Both the position numbers and the translations under genes were made by a program. Below are positions 50,166 to 61,815 of a DNA stretch of 64,000 bases, piece after piece. The notes beneath the pieces are model-generated. The model had not been told where the DNA came from, did not search any database, and was given only the letters and a program-made list of their open reading frames with translations. The DNA is from Pseudovirgaria hyperparasitica. Taxonomy: Eukaryota. The stretch lies in assembly GCA_010093815.1 (NCBI GenBank), contig ML996575.1, one strand, 5' to 3'. The stretch's first letter is position 1. Every line of letters starts with the position of its first letter.

Positions 50166-53100
50166 TAGGTAGGCCTCGAGCGTCTAGTTCTATCGCTCTA
50201 TCTAGCTATCCGTCTAAGGATAAAATGCTATAGATATATTTCTATTTATACTTACTATTTTATAGAATAACGTCTAGAATTTAGATATAAAGGTACTTCC
50301 TCGGTCCGTAATAATCCTTTTTAGTATACTATGGACCTTAATAATCTCGTTCTAGAACACCTACGCTAGTTCTTTAGATGTAATTATCTTCTATACCGGG
50401 ATATACCTAGATATCTTTATAAGTCTATCCACGATAATAAGAATAGAATTATAACTTATTCTAAGCATCTCGCTTAGAGGTAAGTTAACTATAAAATCTA
50501 TAATAATATCTTTCTATATAAAGAGGGGGGCTAAAAGAGACTATAAATTCCTATATAGCTTATGCCTAGGGGCCTTTATTCTTTAATAAATCGGATAAGT
50601 AGCTATCTATTCTTTAACGTACTTAGGTATATCTTCCTAAAAATAGTACTAATAAATTAAGCTTAGGGTATATATATATCTAAAGTATTCTACTAGGTTA
50701 GCGTTATAGTATCGGCTAACTACGTTAAATCGCGTGTTATCTATTAGTATATAGCACTTTCTATCGTAGTAAAGTAAGCCGTCTATAAAGGTCTACTTAT
50801 AGTCTACTTTAGTCCGTAATAACCTATCTTACTATATTTTACGTAACTTTAAAACTATCGGGTCTATCTTCTATAGATCTATAATTAACTAGGTAAGGTT
50901 AATTAGATATTCACGCTAGGTATTATCGTCCTTCCTAATAGCGCTAATAAACGGCCTACTAGGGACTTTAGTACCGCGTCTTTAGTTACCGGCTTCGGTC
51001 TTAGAGATTTAATTACCGGTATTAACGTTAGTATCTCGCTAATCGCCTAATAACTTAAAATCTAACCTCGTCCTTAAGAGTTAGGCCTATAGCTACTCTA
51101 GGACCCTATAGCTACTATAATCCTAGGCGCCTTCTTTATAGTTAGGTCTTCTTAATATTCTATTAGCTAGGTTTATACTTCTAGGTCGATAGTAGATTAT
51201 AAAGTAAAAGTTCGTAAGCTACTTAGCCTATTAGACCTATTAATGGTTTAAAACCGTTATACTTATAAACCCCTTTAAGTTATAGTAATTAGTTAGTAAC
51301 TTAACGTTATATATAGTACCTTTAAGATAATATCGCTACTATTTAAACGACTCTACTATTACTAGTAGCTCTTAGTTATAGATAGTATATCTAGTCTTAA
51401 TATCGACTATTTTACGTGAGAAGAACGTAACTAGATACTATTAGACCTTTTTAGACTTAGTTAGTCTAGGCTAGAAGAGAATACCTAAGATTATAAATTC
51501 TAACGCGTCGGTTTTAATATAGATAGGTTTAGTCGGGTCGAAGTACACTAGTAATAGGGTAGTTATAAATACCTCTTTAATTTTCTTAAAGGAGGCCCTT
51601 TCGCCTTCTAATAATTCTATAGACTACGATTTAATATTATACTATTTCTATCTACCGCGGACTATAATAGACGAATCTATAGTAGTAGTACACGCGTTAA
51701 GCGGTACTACTAGCTAGGAGAAATACTTAACGAATTTTCGGTAGTAATTAGCGAATCTAATAAAGACACGTATATCTTAAACCGATTTTAGTTTAGGCTA
51801 GTCCACGATAGTAGCGACTCTATCCCTTTCTATAGTTATACCTTAATTAGTAATAATAAAGCTAAGGAAGTTAATATAGTCCTAGTGGAACTCGCATTTA
51901 GATAGCTTAATATATAGCTTATATTTTTCTAGCCTATCTAGGACTACGCGTACGTGCTAGATATATTCTTCTTTATTATTAGAGAAGATAAGGATATTAT
52001 TAAGGTATACGATATACGTCGTATTAAGTAGGCCTACTAGCGCATTATTAATATATACTTAGAAGGTTCCTAGCGCGTTAGTTAGTCTAAAAGGGACTAC
52101 TATATACTCGAAGTATCTATAACGGGTTCTAAACGCCGTTTTCTACTTATCGCCCTTCTTAATATATAGGCGGTAGTAGGTATCGCGTAGATCGAGCTTA
52201 GTAAAGATCTTCGCGCGCCCTAGTCTATTAATAGACTCGGAGATAAGAGGTAGTAGGTAATAATTCTTTCGCGTAATATTATTTAGGCTATAGTAGTTAA
52301 TATATAGACGGAGACTCCTATCCTTCTTCTTTATAAAGAGGATTAGAGCTCCGGCTAGGGATATACTAGGCCTAATCTATCCTCGCGTAAGGTTCTTTTC
52401 GATGTATTCTTAGAGGACCTATAGCTTAGGTTCTAATAGAGGGTAGATAGGTCCGTATAGGGGTTATTAACCGTCTTTAAGATTAATAGTAAGGTTAGTA
52501 GATTAGTATTAAGGTAATTTAGATAAGTCGATCGCTAATATAATATATTAGTATATTTTATACTAATATAGTAGGTTTTCGTCTACTTTAATACTAAGCT
52601 CTCTATTTTAAGTAAGTAAGAGGACGTAGATAGCGGAGATTACCTTTTTATAGTCCTTCTAGAATTATTCGTCGTCGACTAGCTATACTAGGTTCTATTA
52701 TAGTAGGTATATACGCTAGCCAGCTATTTTCTAGATAAAGTCTAGTTTTAGGTTATATTTTTTAAGCTATGGTATACCGAGGATTATATTAAAGAGACTA
52801 TCTACTATAATAAAGGTTAAGTAGTAGGGTTTCTACTTCCCCCCGCTATTCTAGATACTATATTTAATAGTATAGGTACCCTATAATTTAATAGAACTAT
52901 TAATACTATAGAAGGTAGTATCTATTAGTACTTAAATATCGACGTTAAGTTCTCGTGCTTATTAAGTCGATATAACGTTAGTAGCTAAACCGCTATTAAG
53001 TATTATAGTCTAATATTATCTATAAGGGACCTTAATAGGCCTAGCCTATAGTTCGATATACTAGTTAGCTAGTTATCTCTCTATTTTAGTTACGTCTATA

Positions 53101-54549
53101 AGTCACGAGGGTTCCTTATAGATAGTTAGTTTTTTATATTATATACCGGGTAGTTAGGCGCGATATATCCTAGCTACTAGCACTTATAGTATATAACTAA
53201 CTTAGTATCTATATTAGTATTTAGTAGTTTCTCTAAGCGGCACTCGGGTGCTATATAGCCTATCCTACTATAGGTATAGTAGGTAACTTTAGGTCGTTTA
53301 TATAAGTCGTTTCTCGTATCTTAATATATCGACTAGTAGAAAGATCCGCGGTATAGGCCTTGTCTTCTTAAGTTCGTAGAGTGGTAGCGCCTATAAGGTA
53401 TTCCGCGCAATCTATTACTAAACCGGTCCTCTTTAGATGATTTCGTATTAGATTAGATTAATAGAGATAGTCATGCGCCTATATAACGTTAGTTATTTAT
53501 TATACGCTAATATCGTTCTACGAGATTTATAAGTACCTAAAGATTAGTAGAGATAGATATTATAAGGTCGATGCGTTTCTTTACGCTCGGGTTAAGGGAC
53601 CTTTTAAAGTTATTATATTATCGAACTATACGATCTTCCTCGGCTTCTCTCTAAAGAGGTTAGAGATATTCGAGAAGTTATAACGGGGATTATCTCTCTC
53701 GCTATTAAGTCTTAAAGATATAGCTCTAAGCCTATTTATATTACTTGGCTCTATCGCCGAAGTATTAAAGAAGGAATTCGGTAAACGTGTTCTAGTTATA
53801 CGTATCCTTAGGGTATTTAATTCGATATACTATCTAACGTTTAGATAGCGTTAGGTCTAGGTAGTTCTATATAAACCTAATCTTATTACTATCGTTTGTG
53901 AATAGGTAGAAGAATTAGCTATACTAATAAGCCTATTCGTGAAAGCTCCTCCTAGTTTTACCGTTAAAGTAAGGTAGTTTCTTAGGCCGAGGTAACTAGA
54001 ATAGTAATAGACTTAGTTAGACTATTTCGGCTTAAGTTAGTCTATATTAGTATAGATTAGTTACTACTAGTACTAAAGCGCGTAGTACGGCTTCGAGTCT
54101 AGCGGTTTATCCTTATACTTTATTAAGTTTACGAAGTTACTACTTAAGCTAAGCCTAACGCTATCTCTCCGTGTATAGCTTAGTATATATATTATTATAA
54201 GGCGTGGTTAACGTTAGTTAGTTCTAATAAATTAATTTATTAACGTTAATAGGGTCTAGTCTTATAATAAGAATAGGTCTAGTATAGTATAAACTAGACC
54301 GCGATAGAGTATAATGGAGTCCTTCCTTATTATCTAGGTAATCTTCTATAGTTATATAGAATACCGTACTAGTTATTAGTACGATAGCCTATAGGGTATA
54401 CTTATTAGTAGAGGTGGTCGTAGAGAGACTATTCTCTTCGTTTAGATTTAGAGAGAGTCTCTTATATAAGGTAGTACCACGGGTATTATAGCGCGTAGTA
54501 GGAGCTATCTCTATAAGCTACCGTCGTACTATATAGAGAGGAATTAAAA

Positions 54550-54787
54550 TATAAAGAGTAAAGACGTAGGATAGTAGTCTAATAGTTTATAGAGAGATAT
54601 AGGAATGTATTTATAGAGTAATCTTACTCTTATACGAGGTTAATTCCTAATAAGTAGGAATTGGTTTATATAGTCTACTTATATAGTAACCTTGCTTAAC
54701 TTAGCTAACTCAACCTAGCTCTGGCCACTACGTGGCTGCATGGATTAGAATGGTTTATATAGGTCCATTGTGGTTCCCGTCCTAATA
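54550..54787 (-). repeat. 5' LTR (238 bp)
   Basis: Direct repeat of 46568-46805, differing by C/T and G/A transitions. Confidence 0.92.
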
Positions 54788-54792
54788 ACTAT

Positions 54793-56367
54793 GCTTAATA
54801 GAACTCTATATAACTTTACTATCTTGTAATAAGTAGTTCTAAGACGAGTAATCTCCTTAACTTATCTATATTAATAATAGTTTTTAACGGCGTATTCGCG
54901 GAGTAACCTAATTCTATCCTTCGTCCTACTATAAGTCTCCTTTACTAGCTACTACTTAAGTACTAGTTAAATAACGTTAGCCTAGTAAAGTTCTAGCTAA
55001 GTAGAACTACTATATAGAGCGGGATTTATTATCTCTAGTAGTATTAATAGACGAGGACGTTAACTCTTAACCTCACGAGGGTATTAACTATTAACCTTAC
55101 GAGTCGGCGACGGTAACGTATAGGGCGGTAGAATATTTATCGGGTAAAGAGGTACACGTGTTCCGAATATAGGATTAAACTATTAAAGCTAACTCTACCT
55201 TATTTACTCTTTAAATTAACGACGCTCGGCTTAACGCTTAGCCTATTCCTTAATTCTACTAGCCTTTTCCTCCTTACGATAATCGAAGTCCTCTATTACT
55301 ACTATTATTCTCTTAGTTTAATACTTATATACGAGGGCGTTAATATTAATATTCTACTTATTTCTACCTAGCTTCTTTACTAACTTTCTCTTATAGAGTT
55401 TAGATACGAGTTATCTTATTATAGAAATAGGAGAATCCTCGACTAAGGTACTAGGAGTACTAGTAATAATAGCGTGTACCTATAGCTCTATTAACACGCG
55501 TTTAATCTTATAATAGAAACGTCTAGCCGGAGATAGGATAATAAAGTAGTGCCCTTATTCATTACTATAACCGGCGTCTATATAGTAGTAGGTTAACTTA
55601 ATCGAACTAATTATCTTAATCTATTTTAGGCTAGCGTCCTTCCTCTACTAAGCCTTATTATATATAACTTAAGTACGTCCTCTTAGTTACTAAGTATCTA
55701 TATTTAGTAAACTTCGAAGCTCTATACACGGCGATAGCGTAGAAGAGTCGCGGTAATAACTACGTTAAGGTTACTAAGATAATAGAGGTTTCTTACCCCA
55801 CGACTTATACTTTATACTATTCTTAAAGGTAACTATAATAGGCTCGTCTTTAGTACTAGTAAGTAAGTGTATCTCGTCTATAATTATATAGACTCTTTTC
55901 TAGCTAACGATCGACTAGTCGTTAATAGTAAGTATCCTTCTCTACTTCTTTCTTATACTAAGACTATATACTATCTAGCGAGTATTAAAGGTCTAGTTAT
56001 TAGTACTAAGTCTTATACTAATCGCCTTATTAATAGTAGCCTTATATACCTTACGATTAAACGTATATTATAGAATAGTAATAAGTTTATCTACCGCCTC
56101 GTTCTTCCTATTAACGCGTAATCTCTAGAATACGTATATTCTATATATCTCCTCTATATCCTTATCCTTAGCCTCTATAATCTTATTCTAACCACTATTA
56201 ATAGAATTAGAAGGAGGAGATAAAGAAATAGAAGTAGAAGAAGAAGAAGTAGAGGACGGAGGAGAAGAAGGTATAGCCTTCGAAGGCGTAGAAATGTCGA
56301 TAACACGTAGATTTTTCGGCGCCGCGGTACGTTTACGAGCCTACTTCTTTGCTATTACCCTTACCAT
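54793..56367 (-). pseudogene. RIP-mutated second ORF of the DNA transposon (unknown function, Cys/His motif); its 3' end probably continues at ~46430-46562
   Basis: ATG at 56367 (MVRVIAKK.ARKRTAAPKNLRVIDISTPSKA...Ser-rich). De-RIPping near 55440-55600 gives C-x4-C-x-N-x4-C-F...H-Y...W..AI..G...VE.PP. Confidence 0.55.
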
Positions 56368-56577
56368 AGCTACCTCTATTAATTTAGTAGTAGATTTATA
56401 CTAATAAGGAGGAGGAGGAGAAGAAGGAGGTTTAGTAGACGCGTCTATAGTAAATTAAACGCTTTAAGCGGGTTTTTTCAACCTCGTAGAGGGTATATAG
56501 GTAAAAAAAATATGTGGAGACTTAACACTAAGTATATTAACTAATATTCGATAGTATATATATATTAAAACCTTATA

Positions 56578-56694
56578 TAGCGACGAGTATACGATAAAAT
56601 ACTAAAATATATCCGTCTTACGTAAATTTGGGTAGGGGAGACATAGCGTAACATGCGAGTGCCAAGCCGACTTAGGTTCTAGGAAAACGACGGA
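56578..56694 (-). repeat. Right terminal inverted repeat (117 bp)
   Basis: TAGCGACGAGTAT...GGTTCTAGGAAAACGACGGA matches the left TIR. Confidence 0.92.
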
Positions 56695-58598
56695 TCCACC
56701 TCCTTGCCTAGCTACAATCCTCCGGCGACGGACAGAGGTCTCGTGATGGCGACGATTTGAGAAGACCTTCCCTCCGAGCCGTGTTCTCGGGGATTGAGGG
56801 TATAGAAGAGGCGTCTAAATACACGACTGGACAGGAGGTTTGAAGAGCGTCATGAAGACGCCAGACGCAGAAAGGACCTGACTAATACACTAGACATCAT
56901 CCATCCATATCCACTACTCCGGCGTTTGATCGACTCTCAAGCCCAGCAGACCAGTGGAGTAATGTATAGTATAAAAGTATCTGTACAGTAGTATCAGTAG
57001 TATCAAAGGAATCATAGCCCTGCAGATACGACCTCTTAGGTAGGTGCGGACACACAACAAACACACTCAGCCAATCCTATTGGTCCTTGCGGCGACAGCG
57101 CCCCCTAAACGGCAAGAGCGCCGCGCCAATTGGCCCAGGAGGCAGGAGCGGGCGGTTGTGGCAGGCAGGTGCAGCCAGGTGTTGGCGGAACGAACGAGCG
57201 TTCTTGCCGTCCCCGCATCCGATTGTTTTGCATCATCCCAGTCGTACTTGCCTACCCTGGACCCCCGACTATCTCCTGTAATCCCCGTGGGGAGATTTTC
57301 CTGCTCCCTTGCATCTCCCTATTCACTTCAACATCAACATCATACCAATTAACACTCTGACACCGTCACAACATCTGTTCTGGTTGTCTACGACTCACTC
57401 GCACCACCGCACGCGACGCTTCGTCCCTGGGTTGACACTTCCGGACTTCCACGACAGTTGGACAGGCCGTTAGTTGGCCTTGGTGCCAACACTCTGGATA
57501 GCGTCCCGTCCACCATGGGCCCCAGATTCTGACACTTGCTCCGCGCACAGTTACATGCCGGCCGTGGGCTATGTGCGTCGGCCTTTGTCCCGATCACAAG
57601 GGTGCTGCCTCAGAGGTTCGTTCACCTCAGGCTTGACGGCGGCGCTGCAGTCCCGTCCCCGTGGCTTCGTCCAGAGGAGGCGAACATTCTAGCGCTGGCG
57701 TGTGTGCGACAGTAGTGATGACTGACAGGATGCGCCATTTGCTAGTTCGCGGAGCCACGGACGAGATGGCTGGTTGCTGGTGAAGATACGACACTGTGTG
57801 TGTGTGTGTATATGTGCATGGTTGTGTGTAACGGCGCTCCAAGTTCTTCAGACGCAAGTATCGAATGTCCGCTTACTCGCCTTCACTCTCAACCTCGGCC
57901 TAGTCTTCTCGCGGGGAGGTTTTGTGTGAAGGACAGGAAGACCTGCAGACATCTACACGCCCCACAGTCGTCCAAACTCTGGGGTATGTGGCCATGGGAA
58001 GGTGATACCGTTGCCAAGCAGGCGCAGTTAGAGTCAATACCGGCGATTTCTACCTCGTCAACACCCTAGACTGACGTTTGACATGTTCCAAGCACCGCTA
58101 GAGCCTTGTAAGGGTTTCTAGCATGCGACACCGGCCGTGTGGCTGGCCTATAGCAGAAAAATTCTCACGGAATGCCCGAGTACAGACGGCAAGGGTGTGA
58201 AGGACTTCGCATCGCAATTGGACCCTCGCCACCATGAGCATGTTTGTGCTATACGTAACGTAAGAAGGAATAGGCGGGAAGGGAGGAGGCCATGCGACTA
58301 TCACCATGCCGTTACCGTATGCGGAAGAGCATATCACTAGCACTATTAGCTAACATTCCTCGGGAGCCACCGATCTCATCCGGCTGCTACTGTTGAGCGG
58401 GGCCGCTCGCATCTACCATAAGATCTTCTTATACTTGGGTTGTATAGTCCCATGTTGTAGCACTTGGAGTCCTGAATGATACTCGTTGCCAGATCCCATA
58501 GCCCATCCTGCTAGGTGTTTTCCTAAAGTCTTGACTGCTGTTGTCTTCCTTTCTTAAAGTCCACATTCCGGATCCCGAGGAGGAGGATTATTGCCGCT

Positions 58599-59841
58599 AT
58601 GGCCACTACTACACGACACCTGGAGTACGTTGGAGACACCTCAAGTGACGACATCCACTCGTTCGGATCCCACAAGGGCGAGTATGTGTCGAACAAGGCC
58701 AACGATGCCGTTATAGAGCCCATGCCCACCTTACAGACTCGAGCCACACTGGCCGAGCACGGAGTGACAATAGACCATGAAGGCCCCCAGGAAGAGGAAA
58801 AGGACTCCAATCCCCACCTGCTCTGGAGCCGTATCAGGTACCAATGCCAGGACGCCTTCTCCGAGTTCTTTGGCGTCTTCATAATGATCCTCTTCGGTGA
58901 CGGCGTCGTGGCCCAGGTCGTCCTTAGCAACGGCGAAAAAGGCGACTATCAATCCATATCCTGGGGCTGGGGCCTGGGTGTCATGATAGGCGTGTATGTT
59001 GCCGGGAAGTCTGGAGGCCATCTCAATCCCGCCGTGACGCTGTCGAATTGCGTATACCGTGGCTTCCCCTGGAGAAAGTTCCCCGTTTACATCGTAGCGC
59101 AGACCATGGGCGCCTTTTGTGCTTCGCTGGTAGTCTACTACAACTACTACTCGGCCATCGTACGTTTGGAATCCATCCTTCCCGGGGGAATGATTTTTCG
59201 TTTTGGTCCAACCTGCCAGCATAATAACTAACCAGATGTAGGACACTTTCGAAGGCGGACGCATGCGAACGGTACCCCCCGCAACGAACGCAACCGCAGG
59301 CATCTTCTGCACATATCCCGCCGCCTTCCTGACGCGAACTGGCATGTTCTTCTCCGAATTCGTCGCCAGCACAATCCTCATGTTCTGCATCTACGCCTTT
59401 GCCGACAACAAAAACGTCGGCGCAAACAACCTCACCCCGCTCTGTCTCTTCTTCCTCATCTTCGGCATCGGCGCCTGCTTTGGCTGGGAAACTGGCGTAA
59501 GTGTCTTCTCCTTGCATTCTCACTGTCAAACCACCCTTCCCACCCAACCCCAAGCTAACCAAAAACACACACAGTACGCAATCAACCTAGCCCGCGACTT
59601 CGGCCCCCGCCTCGCCTCCTACGCCGTCGGCTACGGCAGCGAAGTCTGGAGCGCCGGCAACTACTACTTCTGGATCCCCATGGTCGCGCCCTTTTTCGGC
59701 ACCCTCTTCGGCGGCTTCCTCTACGACACCTTCATCTTCACGGGGAAGAGCCCGATTAACACGCCGTTTATGGGCCTCAAGCGGCTTGTCGTGTTGCAAG
59801 GGCGTGGGTCCGCTTCTTTGTCGAGGTCGGGGGCTGTTTGA
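58599..59841 (+). CDS. Aquaglyceroporin (GlpF/Fps1-like MIP channel), 3 exons
   Basis: SGGHLNPAVT (NPA1) and GWETG|YAINLARDFGPR (NLA + D, the aquaglyceroporin signature). Introns at 59160-59241 and 59497-59574. Confidence 0.95.
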
Positions 59842-61195
59842 TAGTCTTGCTTTTTTTTGATGGATTTTATGTTTTTTTTTACGGCCGTGTAGGTGGGCGT
59901 TAGCAGGTGTTGAAGGCGTTGGTGGAAAAGTCTTGGTTGTTGGTTGTGTCGGTGGGGTTCTGCATGCATGGTTTTATATATGTATATATGTCTCTGTCTG
60001 TCTGTCTGTCCGCGGACGGATGGATGAGACTGACGGACAGGGGGATGAGGGATGGGAGACGAGAGACGAGGTTATGCGATATGACGAATCACGATCATGA
60101 TCACGATCACGCCTTGTGTCAGCTATGCATGCTGGCTAATTAGTAGCTAGATAGCTAGCTAGATACGAATGGATACCGGGTGGTTGTCTCGGTGTATTTT
60201 AGCATTGCATCCATGGCATTATATTTTCATGAGCATGAGCATGAGCAGTATTATTTGCATGGTGAAGACTTGTGATTATATGGGGAAAATGGATTGAGAT
60301 TGGGGGAAATTTTTCCGTTTTTGTGTGGGTTGGTTGGCCTTGTTGTGTGGGTTGTGGGTTAGGTGGTGGATGGTGGATGTTGTGTGCTTGTTAGTACTTG
60401 TTGTGCGTGTTGTGCGTGGGAGGGTGAGAGGGTGAGATGGTGAGACAATGAGAGGGAGGGAAGGTAAGAGGTCAAGAGGGAGCTGGTACTGGTACTAGTA
60501 CTGGTCCTGCTCTCGTCTGGCTGCGCGATGAATGCATCCTATACCAACCACACCATCCCCTCATCGCCAACAACACAGCTTACGCGCTCCTAGTCCTTGA
60601 CTTGATTTTATCAGATCTGATCCGGCTACGAAGCAATAGAATCCAACCCGATCCGATCGTGCCACGATGTATTGTATAGTAGACTGATAGAGCGCATGGA
60701 GATGGTTTGGTATATGATATGCTGTATGTAGCACGTCGTATATAACACGTCGTATGTAGCGCGTCGTATGTAGCACGCTGTATATAACACGCCGTACAAA
60801 TCATCGATCCCTTCCCTCTCTCTCCCTCTATACTCTCATACTTCCAAGTCGTACCTCTCATATCATATCTCGATATATCCACGTACTATTGAATATCAAA
60901 AGCATGCTATGTACATACTAATCCGATAGATAGTAGTCCGATAGAACATAATCCGATAGATAGTATAGGTGGGATATGCCATGTACGAAGACTAATTAGG
61001 TACAGTAGAAGACAGACACATAATAGATTTAAGCCATCTAGATCCTACCTCGTCGTCATACTTGATATAACTTCCCGAGAGGACAAGCGGATTAGGATGA
61101 ATGGAGGTGACTTGGTATTGGGATATAAAGATGATGGATAGTAATGAGAGCGAGGGGAGGGAGGGAGGGTGGTGGGTGGTATGTGTGGGTTTTAT

Positions 61196-61352
61196 TGGTG
61201 GTGGTGATGGTGGTGATGGTGGTGATGGTGGTGATGGTGGTGATGGTGTTGGTGGTGGTGATGGTGTTGATGGTGTTGATGGTGTTGATGGTGTTGATGG
61301 TGTTGATGGTGTTGATGGTGTTGATGGTGTTGATGGTGTTGATGGTGTTGAT
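61196..61352. repeat. 9-bp minisatellite (GATGGTGGT/GATGGTGTT)n
   Basis: About 17 tandem copies visible directly. Confidence 0.9.
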
Positions 61353-61815
61353 GTCGTAGTTGTTGTAGTTATGCGATTCAATACAGCGACAGTCGTAGCA
61401 GCTTAGTACCTACACCACGTCACATCATATATCCTTACCATCACCGTATTCATCATTATTGTCATGGCACTCAATACAGCGACAGTCGTAGCAGCTTACA
61501 TCACATCACTACATCACAGCACACCACAACGCACGCGTGCGCAGTACAAAAGTACAAGTCTACATTGTACATGCTAACAGCTAGAAAGCTAGAATGCCAG
61601 ATGAATGAATGAAAAAGAAAGCAAGGCGCCCAAAACACCATCCCATCCCATCACACACTCCCATGCCATCCCAGCACACAAAACGCCCACCGCCTAAACC
61701 GCACAAAAATCCGAAAATCCCCTGAAAATGGTACAAATACAATACACGCGCCAGGCCCAAGCAGTACACACACCACCTCTCGCCGGCGATACACCTCCCC
61801 ATACTATACTCATCC

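Larger units (their letters stand above)
46568..54787 (-). mobile_element. RIP-mutated Ty3/Gypsy (chromovirus) LTR retrotransposon
   Basis: Two 238-bp LTRs, a 5-bp target-site duplication ACTAT (46563-46567 and 54788-54792), RT motif VYL(DD)ILIFS near 52000, RNase H and integrase remnants, a chromodomain remnant (YRIR(W)KDY..DEDT(W)E) near 49500-49620, and a polypurine tract abutting 46806. Confidence 0.92.
45007..56694. mobile_element. RIP-inactivated IS630/Tc1-like DNA transposon (two convergent ORFs) interrupted by a Gypsy element
   Basis: 117-bp terminal inverted repeats, flanking TCCA direct repeats (45003-45006 and 56695-56698), and extreme TpA enrichment with CpA/TpG depletion throughout. 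Confidence 0.88.

Noticed and set aside
55867..56073. 68-aa + strand ORF in the AT-rich island
   Set aside because: A chance frame antisense to the RIPped transposon ORF2.
61378..61498. 28-bp direct repeat with a spacer, superficially CRISPR-like
   Set aside because: Only two copies, a eukaryotic context and no cas genes.
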